43,952 bases of DNA from assembly GCA_044225365.1 (NCBI GenBank), contig JBGAIQ010000046.1:1-43952 (forward strand), given 5' to 3'. Made by a program: the position numbers and the translations under genes. Below the pieces are notes generated by a model. It was not told where the DNA came from, ran no database searches, and worked only from the letters and a program-made list of their open reading frames with translations. Shown one piece after another: positions 34,213-43,895 of the stretch. The DNA is from Planctomycetota bacterium (GTDB lineage: Bacteria; Planctomycetota; B15-G4; JADJEK01). The stretch's first letter is position 1. Every line of letters starts with the position of its first letter.

Positions 34213-36261
34213 TCACGCCTTTGCGCGTGCGAGCCTTCGCTCCAGGATCTCCCGCAACGCGGGATGCATCGTGAAGAACTGGATCCCGTCGGCGGGACGC
34301 TGCTTCGTGCGAGGAGGCAGCGTCCCGCTGCGTTGCACGTAGGCCAGCACCTGCGCGAGTCGCTCGAGCTGATCGCGATCACAGCGCTCGCGGAGCTGCT
34401 CGATCGACGTGCAGCCCTCCACGTCGACCGGGTTCGCGGTGAGCAGATCCCCGGTGTCGATGCCGGCATCGACGAGATGAACGGTGACGCCGACGATCGC
34501 GCGATGCAGCGCCGCCCACTCCGCGACGTTCATCCCGCGCCACGTCGGCAGCATGCCCATGTGGGCGTTGAGCGTGCCGAGGGTCGGGATCTCGAGCAAA
34601 CCCCGTCGAAGGATGCCGACGCCCGCCGTCACGCAGACGTCGGGATGGAGCTTGCGGATCTGCTCCAAGGCGTGCGGATCCTCGAGGCCCGGCACGATGA
34701 GGCATTCGATCCCGCGCGCATGCGCGAGCGCCGCGATCGAATCGCTCGCCGTCGATGCTCCGTTCCCGCCGTTTCCTGGAGCGCCGCTCCTCCGCCCGAG
34801 CTTTCGCCAGAGCGGTGCAAGGCCTTCCTCCCGCATCGCAGCGCGCAGCCGCATGGCGAACGGAAGCTCTTTCGGATTCTCGATGACGATCGCGGCCGGT
34901 TTCACGTTCACCGCGTCGAGCGCGGCGAGGAGCCGCGCGCACTTCTTCGATCGCGGCGTCGAGAGCAGGACGATGCGCGGCGCGGAGCGATCGAGCCGCG
35001 GCCCCGGCGCGGGCGGACTCGCAGGGACGACGAGCGCGCTCTCTTGCGGCCGCTCGAGGCCCTCGCGCTCGATCTGGTCGAGCACGCGCTCCTTCGCGAG
35101 CAATGCATCGAGGAAGAACTTCGCGGCCCAGTTCGGCAGCGCGAGAGTGATGTATCCGCCAGTCACGGGATCCGAACCCGGGATGCCGCCCCGAATGCCG
35201 GGATTGGGATTGTCGAACGGCTGCGCAGCCTTCACGAGATCGATCGCCTTCAGCGCCGCGTTGATCCAACGGGCATCGCCATCGTGCTGGAAGAGCCGCA
35301 TCCAGATGAGCGCCATCTGCGCGTTGCCCGTGAGGCACTGGTAATGCGCCGCGCGCTTGAAGCGGTGATCGAGGACGCCCGGCAGCTCGCCGTCGAGTTC
35401 CAGCCGCCGCGCGATCTTCGCGGCGGCGAAGCGCACGGCTTCGATCGCATCGTTGCGCTCGGTGACCTCGCCCGTGAAGAGCACGCCGAACAAGGTGTAG
35501 GCGAGCGTGTGGGTGACCGAGCGCCGCGCGGCGTGATCCGCTTCCGAGAAACCGGCGCGATCGAAGAAGCCGGACTCGCGATCGCGCAGCGAGAGGACCC
35601 AGTCCATGTGGCGCTCGGCTGCGCGGACGTACTTCTCATCACCGCAATGCGAGCCGAGCTCCGCGAGCCAGCACGACGCGTGCGCGTGGTAAGCGGCGGA
35701 CACGCCCATGTAGACGTGCTTCTTCCACGAGCCGTCGGGTTCCTGATTCGCGATCAGCCAGTCGCCCGCGCGGCGCGCCGATTGGAGCGCGCGCTCGTCC
35801 TGCGTCTCGCGATGCCATGCGACGAGGCCGTTCACGATCTGTGCGGTGTTGAAGGGCGAGGGCGCGGTGCGGTTCTCCTTCACCTCGAGCCCGGGGAAGG
35901 CACCGTCCGGCAACTGCAGCGGCAGCAGGAACTCGATCGCGCGCTTGGCGCGGTCTCGCAAGTCCTGGTCGTGGAGCTTCCAGCCGAGCGCGAGCAGCGT
36001 GGGAACGAGGTATCCCGTGGTCTCGGGGTACGACGACGTCCAACCGCGATCGAGGCGATAGCGCCCGCAGATCCCGCCGTCTCCCGTGACGTCCTGCGCC
36101 CGCTTCAGCCAGTCCACCGCCGCGAGCAGGTGCTCGCGGTCCGACTTCGCGAGGCGGCGGATGCGCCCGCGATCGAACGTCCCAGAGAACAGCAGCGCCG
36201 CGTGCCCCTTCACGTGGGCGCGACCGGCGCGAAGATCCTTCAGGGTTGGGACGAGCGACAT
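34213..36261 (-). CDS. Fusion of a prenyltransferase/squalene-cyclase-like (alpha/alpha)6 barrel and a formyltransferase domain
   Basis: N-terminal WLKRAQD, SSYPETTGY, LQLPDGAF, FNTAQI, WLIANQEPDGSW, CLTGNAQ and PNWAAKFFLDAL. C-terminal LNAHMGMLPTWRG and GVTVHLVDAGIDTGD. Confidence 0.8.
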   Translation of the reverse strand: MSLVPTLKDLRAGRAHVKGHAALLFSGTFDRGRIRRLAKSDREHLLAAVDWLKRAQDVTGDGGICGRYRLDRGWTSSYPETTGYLVPTLLALGWKLHDQDLRDRAKRAIEFLLPLQLPDGAFPGLEVKENRTAPSPFNTAQIVNGLVAWHRETQDERALQSARRAGDWLIANQEPDGSWKKHVYMGVSAAYHAHASCWLAELGSHCGDEKYVRAAERHMDWVLSLRDRESGFFDRAGFSEADHAARRSVTHTLAYTLFGVLFTGEVTERNDAIEAVRFAAAKIARRLELDGELPGVLDHRFKRAAHYQCLTGNAQMALIWMRLFQHDGDARWINAALKAIDLVKAAQPFDNPNPGIRGGIPGSDPVTGGYITLALPNWAAKFFLDALLAKERVLDQIEREGLERPQESALVVPASPPAPGPRLDRSAPRIVLLSTPRSKKCARLLAALDAVNVKPAAIVIENPKELPFAMRLRAAMREEGLAPLWRKLGRRSGAPGNGGNGASTASDSIAALAHARGIECLIVPGLEDPHALEQIRKLHPDVCVTAGVGILRRGLLEIPTLGTLNAHMGMLPTWRGMNVAEWAALHRAIVGVTVHLVDAGIDTGDLLTANPVDVEGCTSIEQLRERCDRDQLERLAQVLAYVQRSGTLPPRTKQRPADGIQFFTMHPALREILERRLARAKA

Positions 36262-36385
36262 GGGGTTCGAACGATAGCGGCGGCGGGGCGGATTCGAAGG
36301 AAAAGGGAACTCGACGAGATCGGAGTGCGTACCCTTTTCGATCGTTCGCGCGAACGATCTCCACTCCAATTCGGATCTCGAGCCC

Positions 36386-37759
36386 ATGACCCAGCACCGC
36401 CGCGCCGCCTTCCTTCTCGTCGCCGTCCTCGCCGCCCGACCCGCTTGGCCCCAGGAAACGAAGCTCGAGCCCGCCGTCGATGCCGTGGCGAAGAAGGCGC
36501 TCGAGGATCGCACGACTCCGGGCGTCTCGGTCGCGATCCTGGTGAAGGGTCAGATCGTGCTGGCGAAGGGCTACGGCTTCGCGAATCTCGAGGACGGTAT
36601 TCCGGTCGACGCCAAGACCGTCTTCCGCATCGGATCGGTGACGAAGCAGTTCGCGGCGGCCTCGGTGATGAAGCTCGTCGAGGAAGGCAAGCTGGCGGTC
36701 GACGATCTCGCCAAGGATCGGATCCCGGAGTTCGACTTCCAGGGCAAGACCGTCACGATCGCGCATCTGCTGCACCACACGTCGGGCATCCCGAACTACA
36801 CGGATCTCGGCCCCGAATGGATGAAGACGATCCGCAACGACTACACGCCCGTCGAGCTCGTGAACGTCCTCGTGCGCGGCAAGAAGTACGACTTCGAACC
36901 GGGGACGAAATGGGCCTACGACAACACGGGCTACGTCCTGCTCGGGATCGCGATCGAGGACGCGACGAAGATGGGCTACTACGACTTCCTCGCGAAGGAG
37001 ATCCTCGCGGGCAAGGGTCTCGATTCGATCGAATTCGGCTCCGACGAGAAGGTCGTGCCGCATCGCGCGCAGGGCTACGTGGCCGCCGCGAACGAGAAGG
37101 CGGGCTGGACGAACGACGCCACGATCAGCATGACGCATCCCTACGCCGCAGGAGCGCTGATCGCGAACGCGAGCGATCTCGTGCGTTGGACGTGGCTCCT
37201 GTCCCACGGGAAGATCGTGAGCGAGAAGTCCTACGAATACATGAAGACGTCGGGCAAGTTGAACGACGGCAAGCTCACCCACTACGGCTGCGGTCTCGCG
37301 GAGACGAGCTTCGAGGGCGAGCCACGCATCGCGCACAACGGCGGGATCAACGGATTCATGAGCAGCCTCGCGTACTATCCGAAGTCCGAGACCGCGATCG
37401 CCGTGCTCGTCAATTCCGAGTCGGGAGATCCCGACGCCCTCGAGAGCAAGTTCGCGCGGATCGCCCTCGGCAAGAAGGAAGTCGAGCTGAAGGACCTGCC
37501 GATCGACGACGACGAACTCGACCGCGTGACCGGCCGCTACGAAGGCGCGCTGAAGGTGATCGTGAGGCGAAAGGGCGATCAGTTGTTCCTGCAAGCGGAA
37601 GGACAGGGCGAACTCCGCTTGCTGAATCAGGGCGACGGCGTGTTCCGCGCGAAGGAGGCGGGAGTCGTCGTGAACTTCGCGAAGGACGGCGACGAGGCGA
37701 AGGAGGTCCGCATCACGCAGTCGGGGATCGAGATGGTATTGGAGCGCGCGAAGAACTGA
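36386..37759 (+). CDS. Secreted serine hydrolase (beta-lactamase class C / AmpC-like family)
   Basis: Signal peptide, FRIGSVTK (SxxK), LLHHTSG, YDN (YxN) and HNGG, plus an extra C-terminal domain. Confidence 0.92.
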   Translation: MTQHRRAAFLLVAVLAARPAWPQETKLEPAVDAVAKKALEDRTTPGVSVAILVKGQIVLAKGYGFANLEDGIPVDAKTVFRIGSVTKQFAAASVMKLVEEGKLAVDDLAKDRIPEFDFQGKTVTIAHLLHHTSGIPNYTDLGPEWMKTIRNDYTPVELVNVLVRGKKYDFEPGTKWAYDNTGYVLLGIAIEDATKMGYYDFLAKEILAGKGLDSIEFGSDEKVVPHRAQGYVAAANEKAGWTNDATISMTHPYAAGALIANASDLVRWTWLLSHGKIVSEKSYEYMKTSGKLNDGKLTHYGCGLAETSFEGEPRIAHNGGINGFMSSLAYYPKSETAIAVLVNSESGDPDALESKFARIALGKKEVELKDLPIDDDELDRVTGRYEGALKVIVRRKGDQLFLQAEGQGELRLLNQGDGVFRAKEAGVVVNFAKDGDEAKEVRITQSGIEMVLERAKN

Positions 37760-37795
37760 TCCAAGTCGCTACGCTGCGCATTGGAACCGAATCCG

Positions 37796-38515
37796 ATGCG
37801 TGAACTGATCGAGATCGCGAAGCAGCTCCGAAACTCCGTCGACGCGATGACGTTCGCGGCGCCGGTCGTCTACGTCTACAACCCGCTCGTTTACGCTTGG
37901 CCGGCGACGAAGCAATACATCGAGCGCTACGCCAGGCGGGGCGTCGAGGCCCTCTGGCTCGGCATGAATCCCGGCCCATTCGGGATGGCGCAGACCGGCG
38001 TTCCCTTCGGCGAAGTGAGCTGCGTGCGCGACTGGATGGGCATCACCGCCAAGGTCGGCAAGCCGCCGCGAGAACATGAGAAGCGTCCGATCGAGGGTTT
38101 CTCCTGCGCGCGCAGCGAGGTGTCGGGCGCGCGCCTCTGGGGCTTCGCGCGCGAGCGCTTCGCCACTCCGGAGCGGTTCTTCGAGCGCTTCTTCGTCTGG
38201 AACTATTGCCCGCTCGTCTTCATGTCGGAGAGCGGCGCGAACATCACGCCCGACAAGCTGCGCCGGAGCGAGCAGGACGAGCTCTTCGCGGTGCTCGACG
38301 ATTCACTGCGCAAGTTCATCGAGCGGCTCGGACCTCGGCGGGTGCTCGGCGTCGGCGAGTTCGCGGCGAAGCGGACTCGTCTCGCGCTCGGGAGCTCCGC
38401 TTCCATTCCGATCGACTCCATCCTGCATCCGAGCCCGGCGAGTCCCGCCGCCAATCGCGGGTGGGCCGCGCAGGCGGAGAAGAGGCTCGTCGAGCTCGGA
38501 GTGGGTCTGGATTGA
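37796..38515 (+). CDS. SMUG1-like (family 3) uracil-DNA glycosylase
   Basis: YVYNPL, GMNPGPFGMAQTGVPFG, EVSGARLW, NYCPL and HPSPASP. Confidence 0.93.
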   Translation: MRELIEIAKQLRNSVDAMTFAAPVVYVYNPLVYAWPATKQYIERYARRGVEALWLGMNPGPFGMAQTGVPFGEVSCVRDWMGITAKVGKPPREHEKRPIEGFSCARSEVSGARLWGFARERFATPERFFERFFVWNYCPLVFMSESGANITPDKLRRSEQDELFAVLDDSLRKFIERLGPRRVLGVGEFAAKRTRLALGSSASIPIDSILHPSPASPAANRGWAAQAEKRLVELGVGLD

Positions 38516-38524
38516 CGGAAACGA

Positions 38525-39487
38525 TCAGCGCTTCTTGCAGTACTCGCGGAAGCGCTTCTCGATCGACGCGAGTCCCTCGCCGTAGACGAAGCGCAGAGTC
38601 CGGTCGACGGCGGCGAGATCCTTCGTGGAACTGCTCGCGAATTCGCGAATGAACCGCTTCGCCCCCGCCTTGCCGAACGAGCTCTCGCGGAGGAACTCGA
38701 TGAAGAGGGCGGATTCGATCTGGAGTTCGCGAGGCTCGAGCCCCGGCGCGTCGTTGCGCGCGGCGCAGAGAGCGGCATTGCGCATCGACATGACCTCGGA
38801 GAGCAGGGGCGCCTTGTCGTGGGCGATCTTCTGCGCGACGGCATTGCGATCGTTCCTCTTCGTCGCGATGTACTCGGCGATCCCGTCGCTGAACCACGAA
38901 CGATCGCCATCGAGGCGCATGCGATGGGCGAGGAGCTGGCGCGCGGCCCCACTCCTGTGAGCCGAATCGCAGGGTGATTCGTACCACGTCGCATACCACT
39001 CGCCGACGGCGATGCCGCCCGTGGCCTTGGCTTCGGACTCGGAGATCCCCGCCGCGCGCATCGCGAATCCGTAGTACTCGTCCTGCGTGCGGAACAAGAA
39101 GATCGGCATTCGGGGCTCGTGGACCTGTTCGCCGAACTCGAGCGTGTCCACGACCCGCCGGTAGTTCTCTTCCATCTTCTTGCCGAACGATTCGCCGCAC
39201 GAGCTGTCGGTGAGGACGACGTAGTGCGTCGTTCGAATGGGCGGCTTCATGCCGTTCTTGATCGCGGAGCGCGGCGCGAGGGTGGTCCACTTCTCTTGCG
39301 CGACCTTGTCGGTCCACTCGCGGGGATCGGTGCGGGGGAGACTCGCCGTCGTCGCGGGATGCGGCGGCTCGATGCGACGCCGCAGATGCTGTTGCTGGGC
39401 CGAGCCGGCGTTCGCCACGCTCGCGATCGCGAGAAAGAGGCCCGCAGCGAGGTTCCGGCAAGGAATCGGATTCACGCGCTTCGACAT
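38525..39487 (-). CDS. Exported DUF1570 / peptidase-MA-like protein lacking HExxH
   Basis: Signal-like N-terminus, TTHYVVLTD, PIFLFRTQDEY and SWFSDGIAEY. No HExxH motif at the expected position. Confidence 0.5.
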   Translation of the reverse strand: MSKRVNPIPCRNLAAGLFLAIASVANAGSAQQQHLRRRIEPPHPATTASLPRTDPREWTDKVAQEKWTTLAPRSAIKNGMKPPIRTTHYVVLTDSSCGESFGKKMEENYRRVVDTLEFGEQVHEPRMPIFLFRTQDEYYGFAMRAAGISESEAKATGGIAVGEWYATWYESPCDSAHRSGAARQLLAHRMRLDGDRSWFSDGIAEYIATKRNDRNAVAQKIAHDKAPLLSEVMSMRNAALCAARNDAPGLEPRELQIESALFIEFLRESSFGKAGAKRFIREFASSSTKDLAAVDRTLRFVYGEGLASIEKRFREYCKKR

Positions 39488-39600
39488 GACTTCACTCCGC
39501 ATCGATCGAGGAACGGTTCATCCGCCTGAGGCGACGCGGTTGTGAGAACCGAAAGATGAATCTCGAATTCGAATCGGGTGAAGTCGCTCGGGCGACGAAC

Positions 39601-41916
39601 TCAGTCCGCGAAAGCTCGTATCTCGGAGCAGGATGCGAAGGCCTGAGTCGCGTCGTCCCCGCTCGCCGGGAAGCCGACGACGCGCAGCGCGAACACTTCG
39701 CGCGACGGCATCCGCAGCTCGAAGGCCTGGCCGTCCGTGAGGTCCCCATTCGAGGTCGAGGTCGTCGCGGGATACGTGGAGAACTCGCCAAGCGGAACGA
39801 AGGGCCCGCCCTCCGCGCTCTCGATCTCGATCCGCGGTTTTCCCTTCGAGGCATCGAACCACCCGCCGTCGTGGAACGAGTGGCCATGGCAATAGACGAC
39901 GCGCGCGATCGTCGTGGGCTTGTCGAACGTGACCTGGAAGAAGTCGCTGTCCGTCGCCGGCTTCTTCCCGTCGAACGTGACGCGATACGTCGTTTCATCG
40001 GCGTCGACGATGCTGCCCGCGACGTTGCCCTCGCGTGACCACGACTCCTTCGCGAACGTGGTGAGAGAGATCGCGCTTGGACTCGGCGGGCGTCGCATGA
40101 AGACCGAGTAGGGGTCGGTGCGGCTCGCGGCGTTGGCGAACGACATCAGCTCGACGGTCCACGGGTCGAAGCGTCGCATCGAGGTGTTCCACCGCAGGAA
40201 TCGCAGGTGGGGCTGCTCCGGGTTCGCCGCGTCCTTGGTGTCCGCGAGCTGCAGCACGTTCGGGACGAAGACGTCGCTCGGGCCGGCGTAGACCATGGAA
40301 CCGAAACGAAGCATGAAACGGCCCTTCTGACCGTACTGCGCCGCGTCGACCATCTCCGGCACGATCGCGACGGCGACGGTGACGTCGTCGTCGTTCCACG
40401 AGCGATGCAGGGTGCAGGTTTCGCCGGGCTTCGCGTCGTAGCGCATGCCGCCGCACTCGACGCGCGCCGCTTTCGCGTACGCCGGGATCCGGATCGCGAG
40501 ATCGAAGACGGTCGCCGGGTCACACGCGACGGCGATCACGAAGTTCTTCGGCTCCTGGCGCACGGTCACGCCGACCTTCTGCTTGCCGACGAGGACATCG
40601 GCCGACTCCGGTGCGAGCCAGTTCACGAGCACGCGGTCCTTCGTCGCCTCGATCCCGAAGCTCGGGATCAGCGCGATGCCGCGCGGGCCCGACGAATGGC
40701 AGCAGTTCATCTCCGACGAGTACGGCTTCTTGCCTTCGAGCGGGGTGTAGTAGCACCAATCGTCGCCGCTCGGCTTCTGCGCCGCGAGCAGGTGGTTCAC
40801 GATCGTGCGCTCGATCTCCTCCGCGTACTTCGTTTCGCCGGTGAGGCGATGGAGTTGGAGGTTGAACTGCAGCCACGTGACGGTGACGCATGTCTCCGCG
40901 ATGCTCGCGCTCGCTCCCGTCGGGAAGACGCCATCGGCCTGGAAGAACTCGCCCGCCGAGGTCGAGCCCGTCGGATAGAGACGGTGCTTCACGATGTCGT
41001 CCCAGGCGTTCTCGAGCGCCTGCAGCAGACGCTTGTCGCCGATCTGGCGGTAGAACTCGGCGAGGCCGACGAAGTTCGACAGCATCTCGTAGGCCTTGCC
41101 GTTGCCGATCTCGTTCACGCCCTTACCGGCGAGCAAATCGTTCACGAGGTTTGGCCCGCCCGGCTCGCCCATCCGCTGGACGATGCGGTGGCAGAATCCG
41201 AGGTAGCGGGTCTCCGCCGTCACGCGATAGAGCAACACCATCGGTTCGAGGATGGAGGTCGCCGCCATGCCCGCGTGTTGTCCCGCATGGACGATGTCCT
41301 TCACCTCCTTGTCCGCCGTCGACGCGTCGCCGACGAACGTCCGGCACAGGAGATCGCCGATCCGGCGCGCGACCATGAGCGACCGCGCGTTGCCGCGAAG
41401 TCGGTAGTCCGCGAGCAGGCCGAGGAGGCAGTACTTGTGGACCCACACGTCCCAGTCCGCGTTCTCATAGAGCCCGAAGCGCTTGTCCTTGGTGTACGTG
41501 CCGAGGTAGCCGTCGTCTTCCTGCGTCGCGCACAACCGGTCGAGGACGCGATCGATCTTCTTCCCGAGTTCCACGTCGTTCGTCGCGACCGAGCATCGCA
41601 CGGCGGCGTCGAGCCATTTGCCGACGTGCTCGCCGACCCAGGCCTGCTTGCCCGGACGATGCTCGAATCCGTCGAGCAGTTCGTTGTCGTCGATCGTCCG
41701 CAGGCGATTCGCGATCGAGGCGTCGTAGCGCGCCTTCAAGGAAGCCGCGAGGCGAACGGATCCGTACGGCGCAGGCGGCGCGATGTCGGGGATGGCGACG
41801 TCGACGGCGTCGCGCTCCGATTCGGCGACCGGCTTCGCGGCCGGCGCTGGGGCGGGCGTCGGGGTTTGGAACAGCAGGGTGGCGACGGCGACGAGGGGAA
41901 GGAGCGCAATGACCAT
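39601..41916 (-). CDS. GH127-like (beta-L-arabinofuranosidase family) glycoside hydrolase with C-terminal beta-sandwich domain
   Basis: Signal peptide, GEHVGKWLDA, QEDDGYLG, KAYEMLS, ETCVTVTW, CCHSSGPRG and RIPAY. Confidence 0.88.
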   Translation of the reverse strand: MVIALLPLVAVATLLFQTPTPAPAPAAKPVAESERDAVDVAIPDIAPPAPYGSVRLAASLKARYDASIANRLRTIDDNELLDGFEHRPGKQAWVGEHVGKWLDAAVRCSVATNDVELGKKIDRVLDRLCATQEDDGYLGTYTKDKRFGLYENADWDVWVHKYCLLGLLADYRLRGNARSLMVARRIGDLLCRTFVGDASTADKEVKDIVHAGQHAGMAATSILEPMVLLYRVTAETRYLGFCHRIVQRMGEPGGPNLVNDLLAGKGVNEIGNGKAYEMLSNFVGLAEFYRQIGDKRLLQALENAWDDIVKHRLYPTGSTSAGEFFQADGVFPTGASASIAETCVTVTWLQFNLQLHRLTGETKYAEEIERTIVNHLLAAQKPSGDDWCYYTPLEGKKPYSSEMNCCHSSGPRGIALIPSFGIEATKDRVLVNWLAPESADVLVGKQKVGVTVRQEPKNFVIAVACDPATVFDLAIRIPAYAKAARVECGGMRYDAKPGETCTLHRSWNDDDVTVAVAIVPEMVDAAQYGQKGRFMLRFGSMVYAGPSDVFVPNVLQLADTKDAANPEQPHLRFLRWNTSMRRFDPWTVELMSFANAASRTDPYSVFMRRPPSPSAISLTTFAKESWSREGNVAGSIVDADETTYRVTFDGKKPATDSDFFQVTFDKPTTIARVVYCHGHSFHDGGWFDASKGKPRIEIESAEGGPFVPLGEFSTYPATTSTSNGDLTDGQAFELRMPSREVFALRVVGFPASGDDATQAFASCSEIRAFAD

Positions 41917-42032
41917 CCCTCCATCCCACTCCCTGAATCGAGTTCGTCAACGGGGTGTCCGGACTTGCGCGCCCTGACCGATCCGCTCAGATGGATCTCC
42001 TGCCCGATGTCGTTTCGAGCCCGTAGGAAGTC

Positions 42033-42506
42033 ATGCCGAAAACCGCCGCGCCCGGCAGTGTGTTGAAGTTGCTCGCCAAGGGTCCGCTCGCGATCGCGAA
42101 GGCGTTCGAGCGGTCATCGCCGAAGCTCCGGCGGTGGAAACCGGGCAAGGACAAGTGGTCGATCAGCGAGATCGTCGTCCACATGCTCGATGTCGAGATC
42201 GCACTCTCGTGGCGCCTGCGTCACGTCGTCGGCGACCGCAAGCCGACGATCATTCCGTTCGACGAGAACGCGTGGGCGAAGGAGATGCGGTACTCCGAAC
42301 TCGATCCGAAGATCGCGCTCGCCGCGTACGCTTCCCTGCGCCTCGCGAACATCGAACTCGCGCGCGCCCTCTCCCCGAAGCAGTTGCGCAAGAAGGGCCA
42401 GCATCCCCAATACGGGCCCATCAGCGCGCTCTGGCTGCTCGAGCGCTACACGAAGCACGACGCGATCCATCTCGCCCAGATCGAGCGCAACCGCGCGGCT
42501 TCGTAG
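42033..42506 (+). CDS. DinB family protein
   Basis: KWSISEIVVHMLDVE, FDENAWA, GQHP and KHDAIHLAQI (His triad). Confidence 0.88.
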   Translation: MPKTAAPGSVLKLLAKGPLAIAKAFERSSPKLRRWKPGKDKWSISEIVVHMLDVEIALSWRLRHVVGDRKPTIIPFDENAWAKEMRYSELDPKIALAAYASLRLANIELARALSPKQLRKKGQHPQYGPISALWLLERYTKHDAIHLAQIERNRAAS

Positions 42507-42623
42507 GTCGCGGGGAGGGGTCGAATGTCACCGAGCGAATCGAGTAATGCATCGCCGCAGAGTCGCTCTTGTCGAAGGATCCTTCAAGCGTTCGCGGTTC
42601 GTTCGTGAAAGCGGAGAACGGCG

Positions 42624-42998
42624 ATGACGGAATCGGATGTCATCGAATTCATCGCTGAAACGTTACGGGAACTGCCCCCACGGGCGACGAGTCTCGACTC
42701 CCTGAATGCGACGCGGATTCCGGTCGCGCGGATGTTGCACGCGGACCGCTTGGTGGTAGTTCGCGCGTTGGAATCGTTGATCCGCGCCGACATTCGCGCA
42801 GGCGAATACAAGCAAGCCGCGGACGTAAGGAAGGCCGTACTGTTCTACCTGGCGCTCGACATCGCAGTGGAACTTGGAATCCGCGAGGTGCAGACGGCCG
42901 TCCGAGACGCGTTGCTCGATGTAAGAGAAGGGCGCAAACTCCTGCCGATCTACGCTGAGTCGATCGAGATCGCGCTCCGAAGGCTTCAGGGACCATGA
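42624..42998 (+). CDS. Hypothetical helical protein (orphan)
   Basis: 124 aa with SD GGAG upstream, in lower-GC sequence. No recognised motif. Confidence 0.55.
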   Translation: MTESDVIEFIAETLRELPPRATSLDSLNATRIPVARMLHADRLVVVRALESLIRADIRAGEYKQAADVRKAVLFYLALDIAVELGIREVQTAVRDALLDVREGRKLLPIYAESIEIALRRLQGP

Positions 42999-43294
42999 GC
43001 CAGGTCGATGCCGAAGATCCAAGGCTGGGCGAGGCATCGCTCGATCATCGTCCTCGATCGTGAAAGAGGTTCCCGTTCGTTCGAGAACACAAGGGGCCGA
43101 CCCATGAAGTCGAGGATCCACAGTCGGACCAGTGTACGCGAGTCGCGGCGGGCGCGGGCCTCCGCTGGAGCATCGAGGAATTCAAGGAAGCGACTACGCC
43201 TGACTTGCCGTTCTGCGCGGAGCAAGCGCTCACGGTCTCGTCAGGACTACGATCTGCCCGACGCGCGAGTACAGAAGGGCTGTTTGGAGGCGCC

Positions 43295-43663
43295 GTGACG
43301 ACCGAGGAATTCATCGACTTGATCCAGAAGACAGTTCGCGAGCAGTGCGTCGCGGCTACGAGAGCAATGGTCGAGTCTCCGGCGGGGCGTGCCCCACCGC
43401 CCAAGTTGATGCGACTTTCCGACTGGTTCGGACGTGCCGATAGCGATGGTCGAGCTGCGATGATGGAGGCGATCGGCCTCTCGGTAGACGTGACCATCGC
43501 TAGCTTGTTCTCGATTCTCGATCAGGTACGACCGATCGAACCCCGCGATTCCCGCGGTCATTTGGAATTGTCCCACATCGATAAGGACGGAGTGCGCACG
43601 ATCCTGAACGACCGATCCAACGGAATCTATCTGAACGAGAAATACCGCATCGATCTGATGTAG
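43295..43663 (+). CDS. Hypothetical protein, possibly polymorphic-toxin immunity-like
   Basis: GTG 43295 after GGAGG. MTTEEFIDLIQKTV...PAGRAP...LSDWF...LFSILDQVRPIE...GHLEL resembles a small conserved hypothetical family recalled from memory. Confidence 0.65.
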   Translation: MTTEEFIDLIQKTVREQCVAATRAMVESPAGRAPPPKLMRLSDWFGRADSDGRAAMMEAIGLSVDVTIASLFSILDQVRPIEPRDSRGHLELSHIDKDGVRTILNDRSNGIYLNEKYRIDLM

Positions 43664-43895
43664 TAAGCGGTGGACTCCATGTCCGCACGTCCGATCGGAG
43701 TTAGGTCGATCGGATCGCGCTCACCCGAACTTCGTGCCAAGACACGGGGCCGATCACAAAGTACGGGTCTCCCCCGCCTTCCTCGTCGTGACGTCGGGAT
43801 CGCCGGTAACCGCGGGCGCGTCCGTGTATCGAACTCCCGCCTCCCGCGGAGCGTGCGCGTCGCCGCTCCGCGGGGCAGGCACAGGGAGTTCCTCG

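Noticed and set aside
34191-34217. Three 9-bp direct repeats GGCGTC(G/A)C(A/G) between converging genes
   Set aside because: Too short and GC-rich to be significant, and the third copy overlaps a stop codon.
34213-36261. Call as squalene-hopene cyclase or as fmt/purN
   Set aside because: It has no DxDD motif and only one barrel. The formyltransferase part lacks the Fmt C-terminal domain and any purine-pathway context.
36386-37759. Antibiotic-resistance beta-lactamase
   Set aside because: The HNG triad and extra C-terminal domain fit the broad peptidase/esterase family, so resistance cannot be inferred.
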